Assembly (NCBI GenBank): GCA_040954595.2
Contig: CM082583.2
Coordinates: 5,392,849-5,456,848, forward strand
Reading direction: 5' to 3'
DNA length: 64,000 nucleotides
From: Balanoglossus misakiensis
Lineage: Eukaryota; Animalia; Hemichordata
Below the pieces are notes generated by a model. That model ran no database searches. It was not told the DNA's origin and was given only the letters and a program-made list of their open reading frames with translations. Below, one piece after another: positions 40,902 through 52,451 of the stretch. Both the position numbers and the translations under genes were made by a program. Each line of letters starts with the position of its first letter. Position 1 is the stretch's first letter.

Positions 40902-43900
40902 GCCTCTATAGGCGGTGATAAATATACCGGAAAATAGATAGCTTTTGCGTTATAGCACGGAGGCGTTGCTGATCGAAGATATTTGTAATCGATATACTTT
41001 GCGCAATTTCTCTACATACATCATACACGTTGACGTCATCACAGAGTAGAATAAATTAACTTTGGTGACTGGTTTGTCTTGGAATTATATTTCAAATGCA
41101 GTATAGTAGCGCCGGATATCTGCCACGTTTGAGAATAATCATTTCATAAATTTAAGCGTCCATCTCCCCGTGGAAAACACTGGAAAACAGATCATATTTC
41201 TGTCAAAAAGAGCGTTGCGGAGCCCATCATGATGCTAATACACAGAATCGACAACTCTTGACTCTAGGTTTAAAATTGCGGTATTGGCCAGTTTAATAGC
41301 AACACAATTTACCAACCTACATTTTGTGAACGTATATACGACAGAACCGAAGTAGAATTTTCTGTTTTATTCCACGGTTACGTGGGTTGAATGTCAATAA
41401 ACCATTAACACGATGAAATAAATGTTATATTCAAGTCAATTGAACCACCCGAACGGTATCCGGGAAAATTACAGTAATTTCAGTCGCTGTAAAAATGAAC
41501 TTTCGCTGTCAGTGACGCAAATCTGCTCTGCCTGTATAAATAATTTTGTTTTCTAGTTTCATATAATATAAAGTACACATTTATGGACTCAAATCATTCA
41601 AGCCAGGCTGTGTTATTATATCTTCGCCCCTTGGCTTGCTCTTAACAAAACATTTACGAGCAATCGTCGGCCCCTGTGTATAAATTATAATGGTATCTCC
41701 CTAGTGGCCTTCATTCTGATGGGCGGAAAGGTCGTATTCAATTATTAATGTGTCGTGCCGCAGTTGATGTATTAGATCACATTGAGACGAGTCGTGTACT
41801 GGTCTGACATTCCGATTCGCGTGTACATCGCAGTCGGCGTTGCCTTGTTAAAATTGACAATATCAGTGTTCAAACCTTATTAGACTGTGAATTGAAAGCT
41901 TTCACTGTGTGAGATTGGACGGAACACGTTTCCAGGAATTCATTTTTTTCACACAATGTTATTTTTTAAAATAAAAAGACTGCTTGATTTTATGTCCGTC
42001 CCATGCCCCCAAATCGTTACCCCACGACAAAATAAACATGGGCTGACGACTCGGAGACAGAGTCGAGTGAATTCAACAAACGGAAGCCCTGGACGCCATC
42101 ATCACGCCATGTCGTGCCCTATTTCAGGTGGAAATGAAGAGAACAACACGGAACCGGAGGCGATACGCATTCCGCGCATTCCTAATACAGTCACGTATTC
42201 CGCTGGAAATGAATTTTAAATACGCCTGAACATATTTTTTACTGGACTGTACATCTATTCCATTTAGATATCGCACTCTCCGATTTGACTGCAACGGAGC
42301 ACGGTTAGGCCTATACCAACGATCTATTTCAATCAAAGTCGGCTAATGTTAGAATTAATTGCGAGTTCTTCGCTGCGAAGGCTAGACATGTCAAATCTTT
42401 GTTTGATTTCCAGTACACCACCCATCGCAAACTCGGAACGACGAGTGACCTATTCAACGCCCGGGGCAGTCAACAGGGCGAGTGGGAAGCAGATAAAGCT
42501 TACATTTGGAGGACGTATCTCTAAACCTTTTGAATCCCCGTCTTTGTTTTCATGTAAATTGCACACATACACGATTTACACCATATTCATTCGATCATCG
42601 ATTCTCCTTCTTTGCGCTGAATTTTCACATAATTATTGAGAGGAAATGTTATTCCTGGGCCCAGTGTTTTTTTCTGGTCGTTGCCATGGTATTTGATATT
42701 TTGCAGGGGTGTTCCGTTTCACAATGATAAAAATATTATTGTCCCCTTGATAACAGTAGGAATTTTATGTAGCCCGCAGTAAAACATGATTAGGCGAATG
42801 CGACATGTTAGATCGAATCTCAACTTTTGATCTGTGCTATGTGGCCTGACCTCGATGTGACAGCAGTGGGCTTTGCATTTTTTTTTTATCAAAGCTGTCA
42901 CGGAAGAATTCGACGTGTTGACTGTCACTGGCTATTGTCCAGGCTGCTTGTGGGATTCTGCCCTTAGCATTGTGTTTACCCAATGCGACTGAATACCTTT
43001 CCGTTTGCCAGAAATCGAACCCGGGAATTTTAGGCCGTTCTCATCGTAACGAACGGATAAACAATAGACCAAGCGATGCGAAAAAGACTGTATTAATGTT
43101 TGAGTCGACACTCACGCTCTTAGGCTATTCTTTGCCGAGTGCTTTTACGTATGCTAATATCTCGCCATCTCACATACCAGGCTATTTTTCAGCCAATCAA
43201 AGTGCGTCTTTGGGGATTTTCGGCGATCTGATTGGTCAATAGCCCCAGCGCTGCTTGGCCCGAGTAGTCAATTTCAACACTAAATTTTTATCATTTGCTC
43301 CGTTTATGGGATGGGAATAGTCGAAATTGTGATTTACTTAGATCAATAAAGTCCCGTAAATAAGCATTTGATCAAAAATAAGAGAAAATCTGAACTACTT
43401 GTCGCGGAAGCAGTGTTAATGTTTTTTTAAACTTTGCTCTCCGCAGACAGACCTCGCCTAGCCGTGGCCTGACAAATATTAGGTTGTTACATTTGGAGAT
43501 CTCTTTAGCGAAAGGAATATAATTCTCGCCAAGGACATCAACGCCGAACGAACTGTGTGACTGTGCCGCCATTTGGTTTTTGCGGTCGGTATACTGTGTT
43601 GTGATATCGGTTAGTCATAGAAACTGGACGGGGCTACATTGTATTTAGGGAAACGTGATCAGACTCAGTTCGAGCTGCACTAACTGAAGAGGTGGTCGGT
43701 CGAGGTCTGTTAAGTCCATTAGCGTTGAGCTTGACCCGTCTCCCCCGCCGTCTATCCTGACTGGACTTGTTCGCAGAGAGCTGTAGCGGCGCGTGGGTAC
43801 GTACACGGCACCTCCGTCGCGGAGTTGCTAAGACAGAGCAGCTGTGACCGAGCGTTACTCAACAACAGACGTACCACCCCGTGGCGATCATACGTTGAAA

Positions 43901-43989
43901 ACCGATAAAGGGAGCGTTCAAACAGTGTAACATATCGGCGTAGTTGTGTGTGTGTGTTATTCACTCATAACCTGTCAGTGTCAGGGAAT

Positions 43990-44060
43990 CGCTAGCCACG
44001 ATCTGATTGGCTACACTACCGTCTATATAGTTTGGACTCGTCGTACACAAAGAACGGTAT
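43990..44060 (+). promoter_or_regulatory. Candidate core promoter of a plus-strand gene
   Basis: Seen: reverse CCAAT box (ATTGG 44006-44010), TATA-like TATATAG (44024-44030), and further CCAAT boxes at ~43193 and 43231. It sits near the right edge of the CpG-rich domain and upstream of an AG|GTACGT donor (44518/44519). The promoter call is inference. Confidence 0.4.
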
Positions 44061-44518
44061 GGTAGCCACGTTCTCGTAAACTTTTTGCGATTTTCGGGGT
44101 ATTTTCTGTGAGATCGGGGGATACTGTGCTGTTTGGGCCGGGCGTCTATGTCCGGTGATTGTGTAGATGTTCATTTCATGTGTCGTTCTGTGCTACGAAG
44201 CCATTTTATTCGCGTTTTCGTATGTCTCTCTGTCTGTGTGTGTGTGTGTGCTAATAACTTTGGGGCGACTGAGTGCTCTGGCTGGCTGACCAACGCCAGG
44301 GCAATCTCGTATTACACTGAAAACCTTTCTTTAAAAAATGTACACAGGTTTAACCAAACATCGCCGGCGTTTCAGTTACATCGCCCGTTGTCCTTTTTCA
44401 ATCGTTGCAGAAAGGGGCATACTCGTCGAGCCATTTGGGAGTGCCGTGTGTACAAACTAAGTGGTCGAATTCTCAAAAAAATAAGCCAGCAAGGACCGGA
44501 AGAGAGGCGAGGGAAAAG
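44055..44518 (+). other. Putative non-coding first exon (start approximate)
   Basis: Seen: AAG|GTACGT donor at 44518/44519, followed by an AT-rich ~600-bp intron-like segment that ends in a strong acceptor at 45121. Confidence 0.38.
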
Positions 44519-45121
44519 GTACGTGTAAGGGATGGGCTCGACATAACACGTAGCTAGCTGGACGTCTCGAAAACAGAGCTAAGCTTCCCATCATTCGATC
44601 TGAAGGGAAGTCACAACAACACTGATATGTTGGCCATTTCAACTTGCACACAGCATCAGAGACAAGGGCCAACTTGCTATGTGTACTAACATAAAAAGCC
44701 CGGGGACGTATTCATTCTGTTTTCAAAGGCGCTGGCAATTACAGCCCTGAGAGACAGAACAAGCCGGGGTGAACAAAGCACGTTATTTAAATACGCCAAT
44801 TTTTAGCAGTTCCAAATCCAGTGGACCAGACATAATGGTGATATTCTAACGAGGAAATGACCATGGAAATCAGTATTACAAAAACACAATGAAATAAAAT
44901 GGTAATGATAGTGGTGTTAAATTAAGTTTATAAATTTAAAAAAAAATCAGATGGTAATTAAAAAAATAAAATATTAACAGCCTATTGAAGTATAGCAGTT
45001 TAAACAATTGGCCAATTTGAATATATAAACGTGACTATTAAATATGTTATTGATGGTAATTTATAACTGGTTGCTGTGTACTTCATTTGTGTGTTTGTTT
45101 TTCTCTGCTTCCCCTTTGCAG

Positions 45122-45222
45122 CTGTGAAGGAGAGGTAGAATGTGGAATTTCATGTGACCTGGACCCTGACGAAGGCTGATTCCATGGACATGCTTCACTG
45201 TCTAAGCGATCAGTGTGATAAG
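45122..45222 (+). other. Putative 101-nt exon (5'UTR plus possible start codon)
   Basis: Seen: long pyrimidine tract GTGTTTGTTTTTCTCTGCTTCCCCTTTGCAG| and donor AAG|GTAAAC. All three frames contain stops, so it is not an internal coding exon. Confidence 0.6.
45184..45222 (+). CDS. Possible N-terminal coding segment MDMLHCLSDQCDK (phase-0 donor); product unknown, could be a uORF
   Basis: Seen: first in-frame ATG after TAG 45136-45138, context TCCATGG, 13 codons ending exactly at the donor. No homology recognised. Confidence 0.3.
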
Positions 45223-48200
45223 GTAAACAGAACAATTTTAACCCTTACACCTGCCCCTGGATTTACAAAAAAAGGAAGAAGAAGTACAAAATTGAATTTT
45301 ATAGAGATGTCTGTATCTTGAGATTAAAAAAAAAAAAAGATCTGATAGTGGAGGAAGTGGGTGGGTGGAGATAAGACATGCAAACTGGCACGACCAACCA
45401 ATCAGTCAAGCGCTAATCTCCTGTAAACAAGTGTATTGGGTAGCCAGAAAGCAAATTGGCAGTTCCACCATGGTTCTCCCTGATTTGTTTGGCGGAATGC
45501 ATTTTTGATTTGCCAAGCAGAGGGGGAATTCTGCCTTTTATTGGCTGGAAGTGATTGAGATCATTGAAAGGGGAATGTTTATGATGTGGCTGGGGCAACT
45601 GTAATAACTCACTGGAGGGGATTTTTTTTAAGGGGCACAGAGTTCAAACTCGGCTGGTAGTGTGAAGCTAGCTGAAGAATTTATTTTCTAGTTATACGTT
45701 TAGACGCACAGATCAGGCCAGCACCTGAAAGAAAGGTGGTCTGAGGCATTCCAGCAGGGGGTCTGGCGTAGACAAGGGAAGTAAAATTAAAATCCCACTA
45801 TTGACCAGCTCCAGGATTGCTGTCGGCCAAAATAAGTAGCCTCATTAAAAAAGGGTTTTAGCGAGAGGAATGAAAATGACCTCCAGTTGGGAGAGAGAGA
45901 GAAAAAAAACACAGAGTGGACTCTCATTACAGGCTTGACAGTTGTTGACTGTGTCGTTATTGGGGACTCATTTGAGTCGCCATGACGACCTGTCTATCTT
46001 TTCTTTTCTAGTGGATGCTATTTCAGGTATGGCTGTGTATGTGCGAGTCTACTGCGTGTGTGTGTGCTTGGCTATCCTCAATGGGTAGATACGTTGTATG
46101 ACAACTCAGAAGTATTTACCCAGCGAGACAAAGCCAATGGCCTTTGTCGGTTTACATTTAGGTTTTTTTTGTTGCTGTGAATTGACAAAATTGATTTGCG
46201 CACAACACCCCTCCAGACTTGACCGATGCTCATTCCTGCTAAAAAAAAAGCGGCCGTGCTTGCCAAGAAAACAATCGGCCTGAGAGAATAAAAACACCGA
46301 ATTAGAAAACAGTTTCTTTTGTTCTGAGTGGTCTGCTTGCTGTGGTCCTCTCTTCAGCGAATGTTTTTCCACATTCCTGGGAGATGGCACAGTTTTGGCA
46401 CCGCAGAGGTCGTATCAATGGCGTGGCCATTAGCACAAGTCCATTCATCGACCAATCTGTGGGTTTTATTGTGCAACATCAGGACTTGAACATTACTTGA
46501 GATCAAGACCGTTAACAATACACACCTCACACAAGTAACCAGAAGGCGTTTTCGTGTTTTTTCGACGGGTGTGGGTGTTACAGAATTTATAGAGACAGCC
46601 AGTCGAGTTTGGCTGTCAGCTGCTGAAAAAAAAATTCCACCGAGACATACCATCGAGGACGGTGTACCTCAAAAGGACATGCGTTTATTGAAGCATGGTG
46701 TCTACTGAAAAAAAAATGTGTACAACATTGTCTGGGTGTCTGCTTTCAACAATTTTAAGTTCCTGTGTAGAAAAAAAACACTATTGAAACAGTTTAGCTC
46801 CTGTATCCAGTACCTGTCAAGACGAAACCATAAATTACCCAAGTGCGGTGTTTTTTTAAACTTGGGTATTATGATGAGGGTTAATGAATACGAAATAAAG
46901 AAAATGACCGCATGGTCTCCTAAAGTACTTTTTTTCTTTTTCAATGACCACCTCCGTTGTCGAGTATGTGAACCATGAACCGGTGGACAGAAACCATGCC
47001 TGGTTGACTCCCACTATTTGCTTTCAATAACAGAAAGTGTATCTCTTTTGTTGGGTTCCCCGCCGTGCTTTCATTGAAACAAATAATCCCATAAAAGAAG
47101 GTCGAAAAATGAAGGGAAACAAACAGGAGGCTAGCCAGTCTCATAAATTGTTTCTTGTTGTGTGTGTGTGTTATTTTTTGAGTGACACGCATGTCTTTGT
47201 CCCATGAACTGCTGCGAGGTTTAGCCTCCAATGAGTTCTAATATTTATAAATACTTATGTCAACAATTAATTGCCTGACTCTGCAATAACCCCTATATCA
47301 ACAGATGAAGTGGATGTCAGGGTCTTCCCATCAGCAGCCTCACCCCGCATACCTTCTGATCGACGAGACCGTTTCAGGCGGTCCTCTCCGTCGATCAGAC
47401 CAATTTGGGGAGCAGTTCACAGTGTCGTGAAAGCAAAGCTTTGTGGAAACTCGGTAATTGGCCATTTTTTCCACCGCCGACCTGTACTGTCCTTTCAGGC
47501 GACGTTTAGATGTTAGTCATCGGGGAGTGAGGTCGTTGGACGGAAGAGCCTGTAATCTGATTTGTCTGTAATCACTCAGAAGTAATTTGACACCCCTGCA
47601 CTGGGACAGGGATAATCAATGGTTGAGTGTCACAGCTGTTCAGTGATTGGCTTGTTCAAGGATAGTCACCCCGAAATGCAGCGAGCGGGGTTCCTGTCGT
47701 GGGAGCACGTTTGTACTGGCTCTGCGTGACGTGACGGGGATACTGCGTGGTTCAAAGAACACTTCTGTCAGAAATTACTTTTTCTGACGAGTGACTGGCC
47801 CCACGTCTCACTGCAGTGGCTGCGGAATTTCAAAGTTCTGCCAATTTTCTCCCCTTTTCTTGACGGGATCTCCCCTGGGGTCTTTTTTTGTCTTCCACAA
47901 ACGACTGATTATCAATCGATTTCAGTAAATAGAGGATTTGGTAGAACAAAGCCAACTAATTACTCTAGCATGCAATTAAGAAGGGTGGTGTTTTTTTAAA
48001 AAAAGAGGAAAACATTCATTTGTACTGTCGAACAAAAGATGAGAGGGGTGGTTTGGAGAATGGGGGTGAATGCTTTCTGGTTGGAGCCATGCGCTGAAGT
48101 GGGTTTGAAATAGTAGCTGCCCAGAGATCGCTTTGGCACCAGTGCTGTCATTGGAGCTGCCAAGATTGCCTTGTTGTCTTATATATAGTCTCCAGGAGGA

Positions 48201-49647
48201 GAAGAAAAGGGGGGCTGGGACTAGACTGTTATAACCAGGCTGTCGGGACCAAAGCTCTCTGAATAAACCGCATAAAAGACCCAGAACACACACGGTGCTC
48301 TATGCTGGGACAAAAGCACTTTCCAGAGGCTGAATGGTGTTTCCTTTGGCCCGCATTGAAACTGCAGTGTAAAAAGCCTTGACAAGTTGAGAGAGGATGT
48401 GCCAATAATGAACAGGAGGTGGGGCAGTCTGCATTTTGGGGGGGTTTGTCCGCCCATTTGCCGGGGAATTATGTGAAGTTGCAGATTTCATTGTGTACAC
48501 AGTGCCAGTTGTAATTCCAGCCATTAGGCTGTACTTTGTCAATGAGATATTATTCTGTCTCTCCAGGGGTTGGCACTGAGCCAAAAAGATGTCTAGACTT
48601 TTAAAAGACAGGCTCTGTGTTGTTGGCCTGAAAGAAACTTGATACCCCCCTAAATTGGCGCAGTGGTATAACCCAAGCCTGCCATATTTGGCAGGCAGGT
48701 GCTAAAGCTCAGTGATAGGTGCAAATTAGGGATGTTTACATGGGAGGGCGATAAGTAGAGCCTCAATTGATTGCTAAGGGTGTGTGTTACTGGCTTGTTA
48801 TTTAACACACTATAGCTCTGAGATATGAATAATGCATAGTATATCCCCACATTCAGCCATGCAAGGGGGACAATGGAAAGGAAATGGCCCAAATCGTGAA
48901 CCGAGAGCAGTCAAGCTCAAAAGTGATTAGTTGAACTGTGGGCCTGCTGTAACTGTTCCTCACAGCTTTTGCCCGGGATATATTATTACGTATTTTTTTA
49001 TGCGAGGACTGCTAGAATGTCTGCCAGAGCTCTGTGGGATTTGAGAAAAATGGCACCAGCGACTTCTCGATGAAGCGCCCGGGAAGCGATGCGACTGAGA
49101 CAAAGGTAGATTGGATTTGGTTTCCTCGGTGTGTGTGCTTTGTGTGTAATGGATGCCATGTGTCGTCTGTGCTGGGCTGTGGCTTGTTTTGATTTTTTTT
49201 TCGGACCACTCGGTGCACGGGTGCGCATGCCAGCCTCAAGTCGATCGACCCCCGCACAGCACTGTTCAGTACAGTCGCCGTCAAAACTGAAAAAACCTAC
49301 CCAAACTGAAATGCCTTATTCCCCGAAATGTAAAATATACACATGCATATTTGGAACGATTGATTTAATTTGTTTGCAAATGTTTGCTGTCATTTTAAAA
49401 GAAATGTGGATTTGACAGGTGCTGTGATGTTGTGAGACAAAGTGACACTGGGTTGTTGGTGAGATTTGCTGCCTGGCCAGCGGTGATTTCTGGTGTGTTT
49501 TTGTCCGTCTCTTAATTATCAGCTTGGTTTGTGTTGAGTTGTCCATTTAAAAAATCGGGCTGGGAAGAGAGGCTCCCCACACAACAGGATTTAATGCGCA
49601 CTAAAGCTCTCTAGTGACCTTGTGAGAGTCTTTTCAAATGAGCGCTG

Positions 49648-49690
49648 TGATTGGCTGGTGCAAACCCCAGCGGAGCGCCCTGATTGGCTC
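49648..49690. promoter_or_regulatory. Tandem NF-Y (CCAAT) boxes 33 bp apart
   Basis: Seen: TGATTGGCT at 49648 and 49681. Knowledge: multi-CCAAT promoters often show ~32-33 bp spacing. Confidence 0.45.
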
Positions 49691-51345
49691 GTCAGCCAGA
49701 CAAAAGACCCTCTGAAAGGGAGCAATTTTGACATGGTTAGTGTTGTCGATACTGTAGACAATGTTGTCATAAAGAATTCATTCATTAGACTTCTCAGGTT
49801 TTCTCTTGAAAGAGTATCTTTGTCCCAACCCGGGCCCGGGCAGCTATTTCGGAGATTAATTTCTTCACGTTTTTCGACAGTGCGTTGTTCTGCGGAGTAT
49901 CGCAGAACCTGCTGGGTCCATTGTGCGCATCAGGCAGAGCGTTGCTCGCAGGTCGTAATTTTTCAATCAGACGCGATAGATTGAGTGTTTGATATCGTCA
50001 GTTGTGCAAATACTGTTATAATCAGGCTTATGGACCAATGCGCTTCTTTTTCTCGCTGGGGCTGAACCTCGGGTTGCCAATCATGATCGCTCTGCAGTGT
50101 GGGACTCCCTTTTCAGATGCTGTGTGTTTGTTTGAAGGCCACGGGTAGACCTTTTGTAATCAACAAGACACACAGCTGAGGCCGGCCCATGTGGCCCGTG
50201 TATATCCTGACGGTATAGTGTTACCTTTGTGGCGTGCAGAAAAACTGATAAAACCAGTGCTTTTATACAAAACCGCTTCTCGTCATGCGAAATGGGACAA
50301 TAAATGGAACGCGCCACTGTGCATGTACGAACGACTCTCGCTGGATTGACCTGCGATGCCTTTTAAAAGAGTCTTTACTGCCGATTGAAATCAGAATCTT
50401 TTAATCCCCCGGCTTGTGAGTGTCTGACTTGTGCGTCGTAAATAACTATGATAAATAACCGGGGATACTTAAATTTAGCCACCCTGTTTTCGCGTAATGT
50501 GAGGTATTTTCGGCTTTCGTATCAGATTCTCGCCAGTGACAGACCAGCTGTTGGCAAGTTGGTCATTGTACCGCTTTATGACACAGCGTTGACAAAATTT
50601 TCCAGCAGAAAGGCAGAAGCTTCAATGTACATGCATTTTGTCACCGTTGATGAATTTTGGCCTTTGTCAGAGATGTCGAACAAGCTAATTTTCTTCGGAT
50701 CTCGTGCTCTGTTTTTGAAATGAACATAATTAGCTTTTTTTTCGTCCTTGGTCAGACGCGAGTGCTGAGGATTTAACCGCTCTATGCTAAAATAAAATAA
50801 AACCATTACAGGATATGTCTGTCAGTCGAAACGCGAAGTGTTTTCAAGCGGATATTGATTTTTTGTGGTGCAGGATGGTGACCCCTGCCATGATGCGATG
50901 GCATCACTAATCTGTAACTGTTTGCTTTTGTGGAGAAGATTAAATTGACATGTTTGAATGTTGGCTAATAGTAGTTGTTTGGACAGAGCCAGTACATTTA
51001 CCTCCCTGAATGCTGTTTATTTGACCATTGCACCTTACTTTTCACTGGATAATCTCATAAAACAACAGGGAAAAAAATTCATAATGTTGGAGGATTTTGG
51101 GCTGCTTGCTGTACATCGTGATTTATGCGCCTTATTTTTTATTATCGCTCATTTGATGAAATGTTTTTATAGCATCCGTAAATCTGGTGATGTGTGATGC
51201 ACCAATAAAAATATTTAGGTCTATGAGTGTAATTATCGGAGTGCGGCTAAGACTTGGTTGACGTCATTTTAGTGAGATTAAATCTGCTACGTTTTCCTGT
51301 AGCCAGAAGATTGATCTTTTTTTTAAAAAATTCATTTGTAACTTA

Positions 51346-52451
51346 GGGACTGTCCAGAATTTACTTCCAGGGGGGGGCTGGAGGATTTTCAGGGGGGGCC
51401 ACCCATTTTCCCCAAGAAAAATTAGGGGGGGTCAGACATAAAAATCACAATCCTTTAGGGGGGGCCATGTAAAAAACTCTCACAAACTCAATATTTGCCC
51501 AGAAGTACTGATTTATAAGAAACAAACCACCATGGCTACCTGGATGACAGATGAACTCCGCAAGTGCATTAAATCTTCATAAGCTTGAATTTCCGGTAAT
51601 TTTTACGGTGGGTTATTTTGTATATCTACTACAGTTCTTGTTCTACTCTGTGAAGCATAATAAAATGCCCAGTATTTGGCCTGCCAGCACAGACCATAAA
51701 TGTACAGTGAACAGTCAGTGTTGTTACTGTTGACGAGCTCAATTCAAGTCCAGACTAGAATTCGTTAATTTTCTCATCAATCATTCATATATGTATATAA
51801 AAAGTTAATTTGCTTTTGGGTTCATTAAAATGCAGCTTTGAGCTCTGTATTTTATAAAATTTTCTTACAGGGGAGGGGGACACCCCCTCCCAAACCCACC
51901 CCCTTCACTTCTCGGTTTACAATATCTGCCAACACAGAATACAAATACTTAACAAATATAAACAATGTTCAGTTTTAATATCCACTGATGAGGAAAAACA
52001 TCAGTTTCAAATTCTTTTCATGGGAGCGCTGTTTTTCTTTTTTTACAAGATAGATAGGTGATGTGTTTTGCTGTGTGAAAGAAAATGGGGGGTGGGATTT
52101 CAAAATTTTAAGCTGTTCGGAAGGGGGGGATTTGAAAATATTTCGGGTTGTGTACGGGGGCATGTGAAAATTAACGGTAAAAAAATTTTAATTCTCCCCC
52201 CCCCCTTCCAGAGGTGTTTGTAAATGCAGCCTTATCAGACTGTATGTGTCGTAGTCTGTACGGTATTCCCGTAAGCATGCATGTATATATTGGGGGGGGG
52301 GGGGGGGTCATGGAAAAAAAACAGGAAATTTACGGGGGGGGGGGCCACAGATTTCCTCCACAATTTACAAGGGGGGGGGCCATGGAAAAAAATCACCAGG
52401 AAAATAAGAAATCCTCCAGCCCCACCCTGGAAGTAAATTCTGGACAGTCCC
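51346..52451. mobile_element. ~1.1-kb non-autonomous PIF/Harbinger-type element
   Basis: Seen: 43-bp TIR GGGACTGTCCAGAATTTACTTCCAGGG(G/T)GGGGCTGGAGGATTT with 1 mismatch. TTA TSD at 51343-51345 and 52452-52454. Three subterminal G-run+CCA/TCA motifs at each end. It shares its first 7 bp (GGGACTG) with the 10778 MITE. No transposase ORF. Confidence 0.92.

Noticed and set aside
45184-45222. MDMLHC resemblance to the Pax2 N-terminus (MDMHC)
   Set aside because: Too short, and no paired-domain exon is present in the window, so no gene symbol is assigned.
48656-48730. Pol III A-box-like TGGCGCAGTGG (similar TAGCTCAGTGG at ~53148 and ~58869)
   Set aside because: No B-box (GTTCRA) downstream and no cloverleaf, so not a tRNA or a recognisable SINE.
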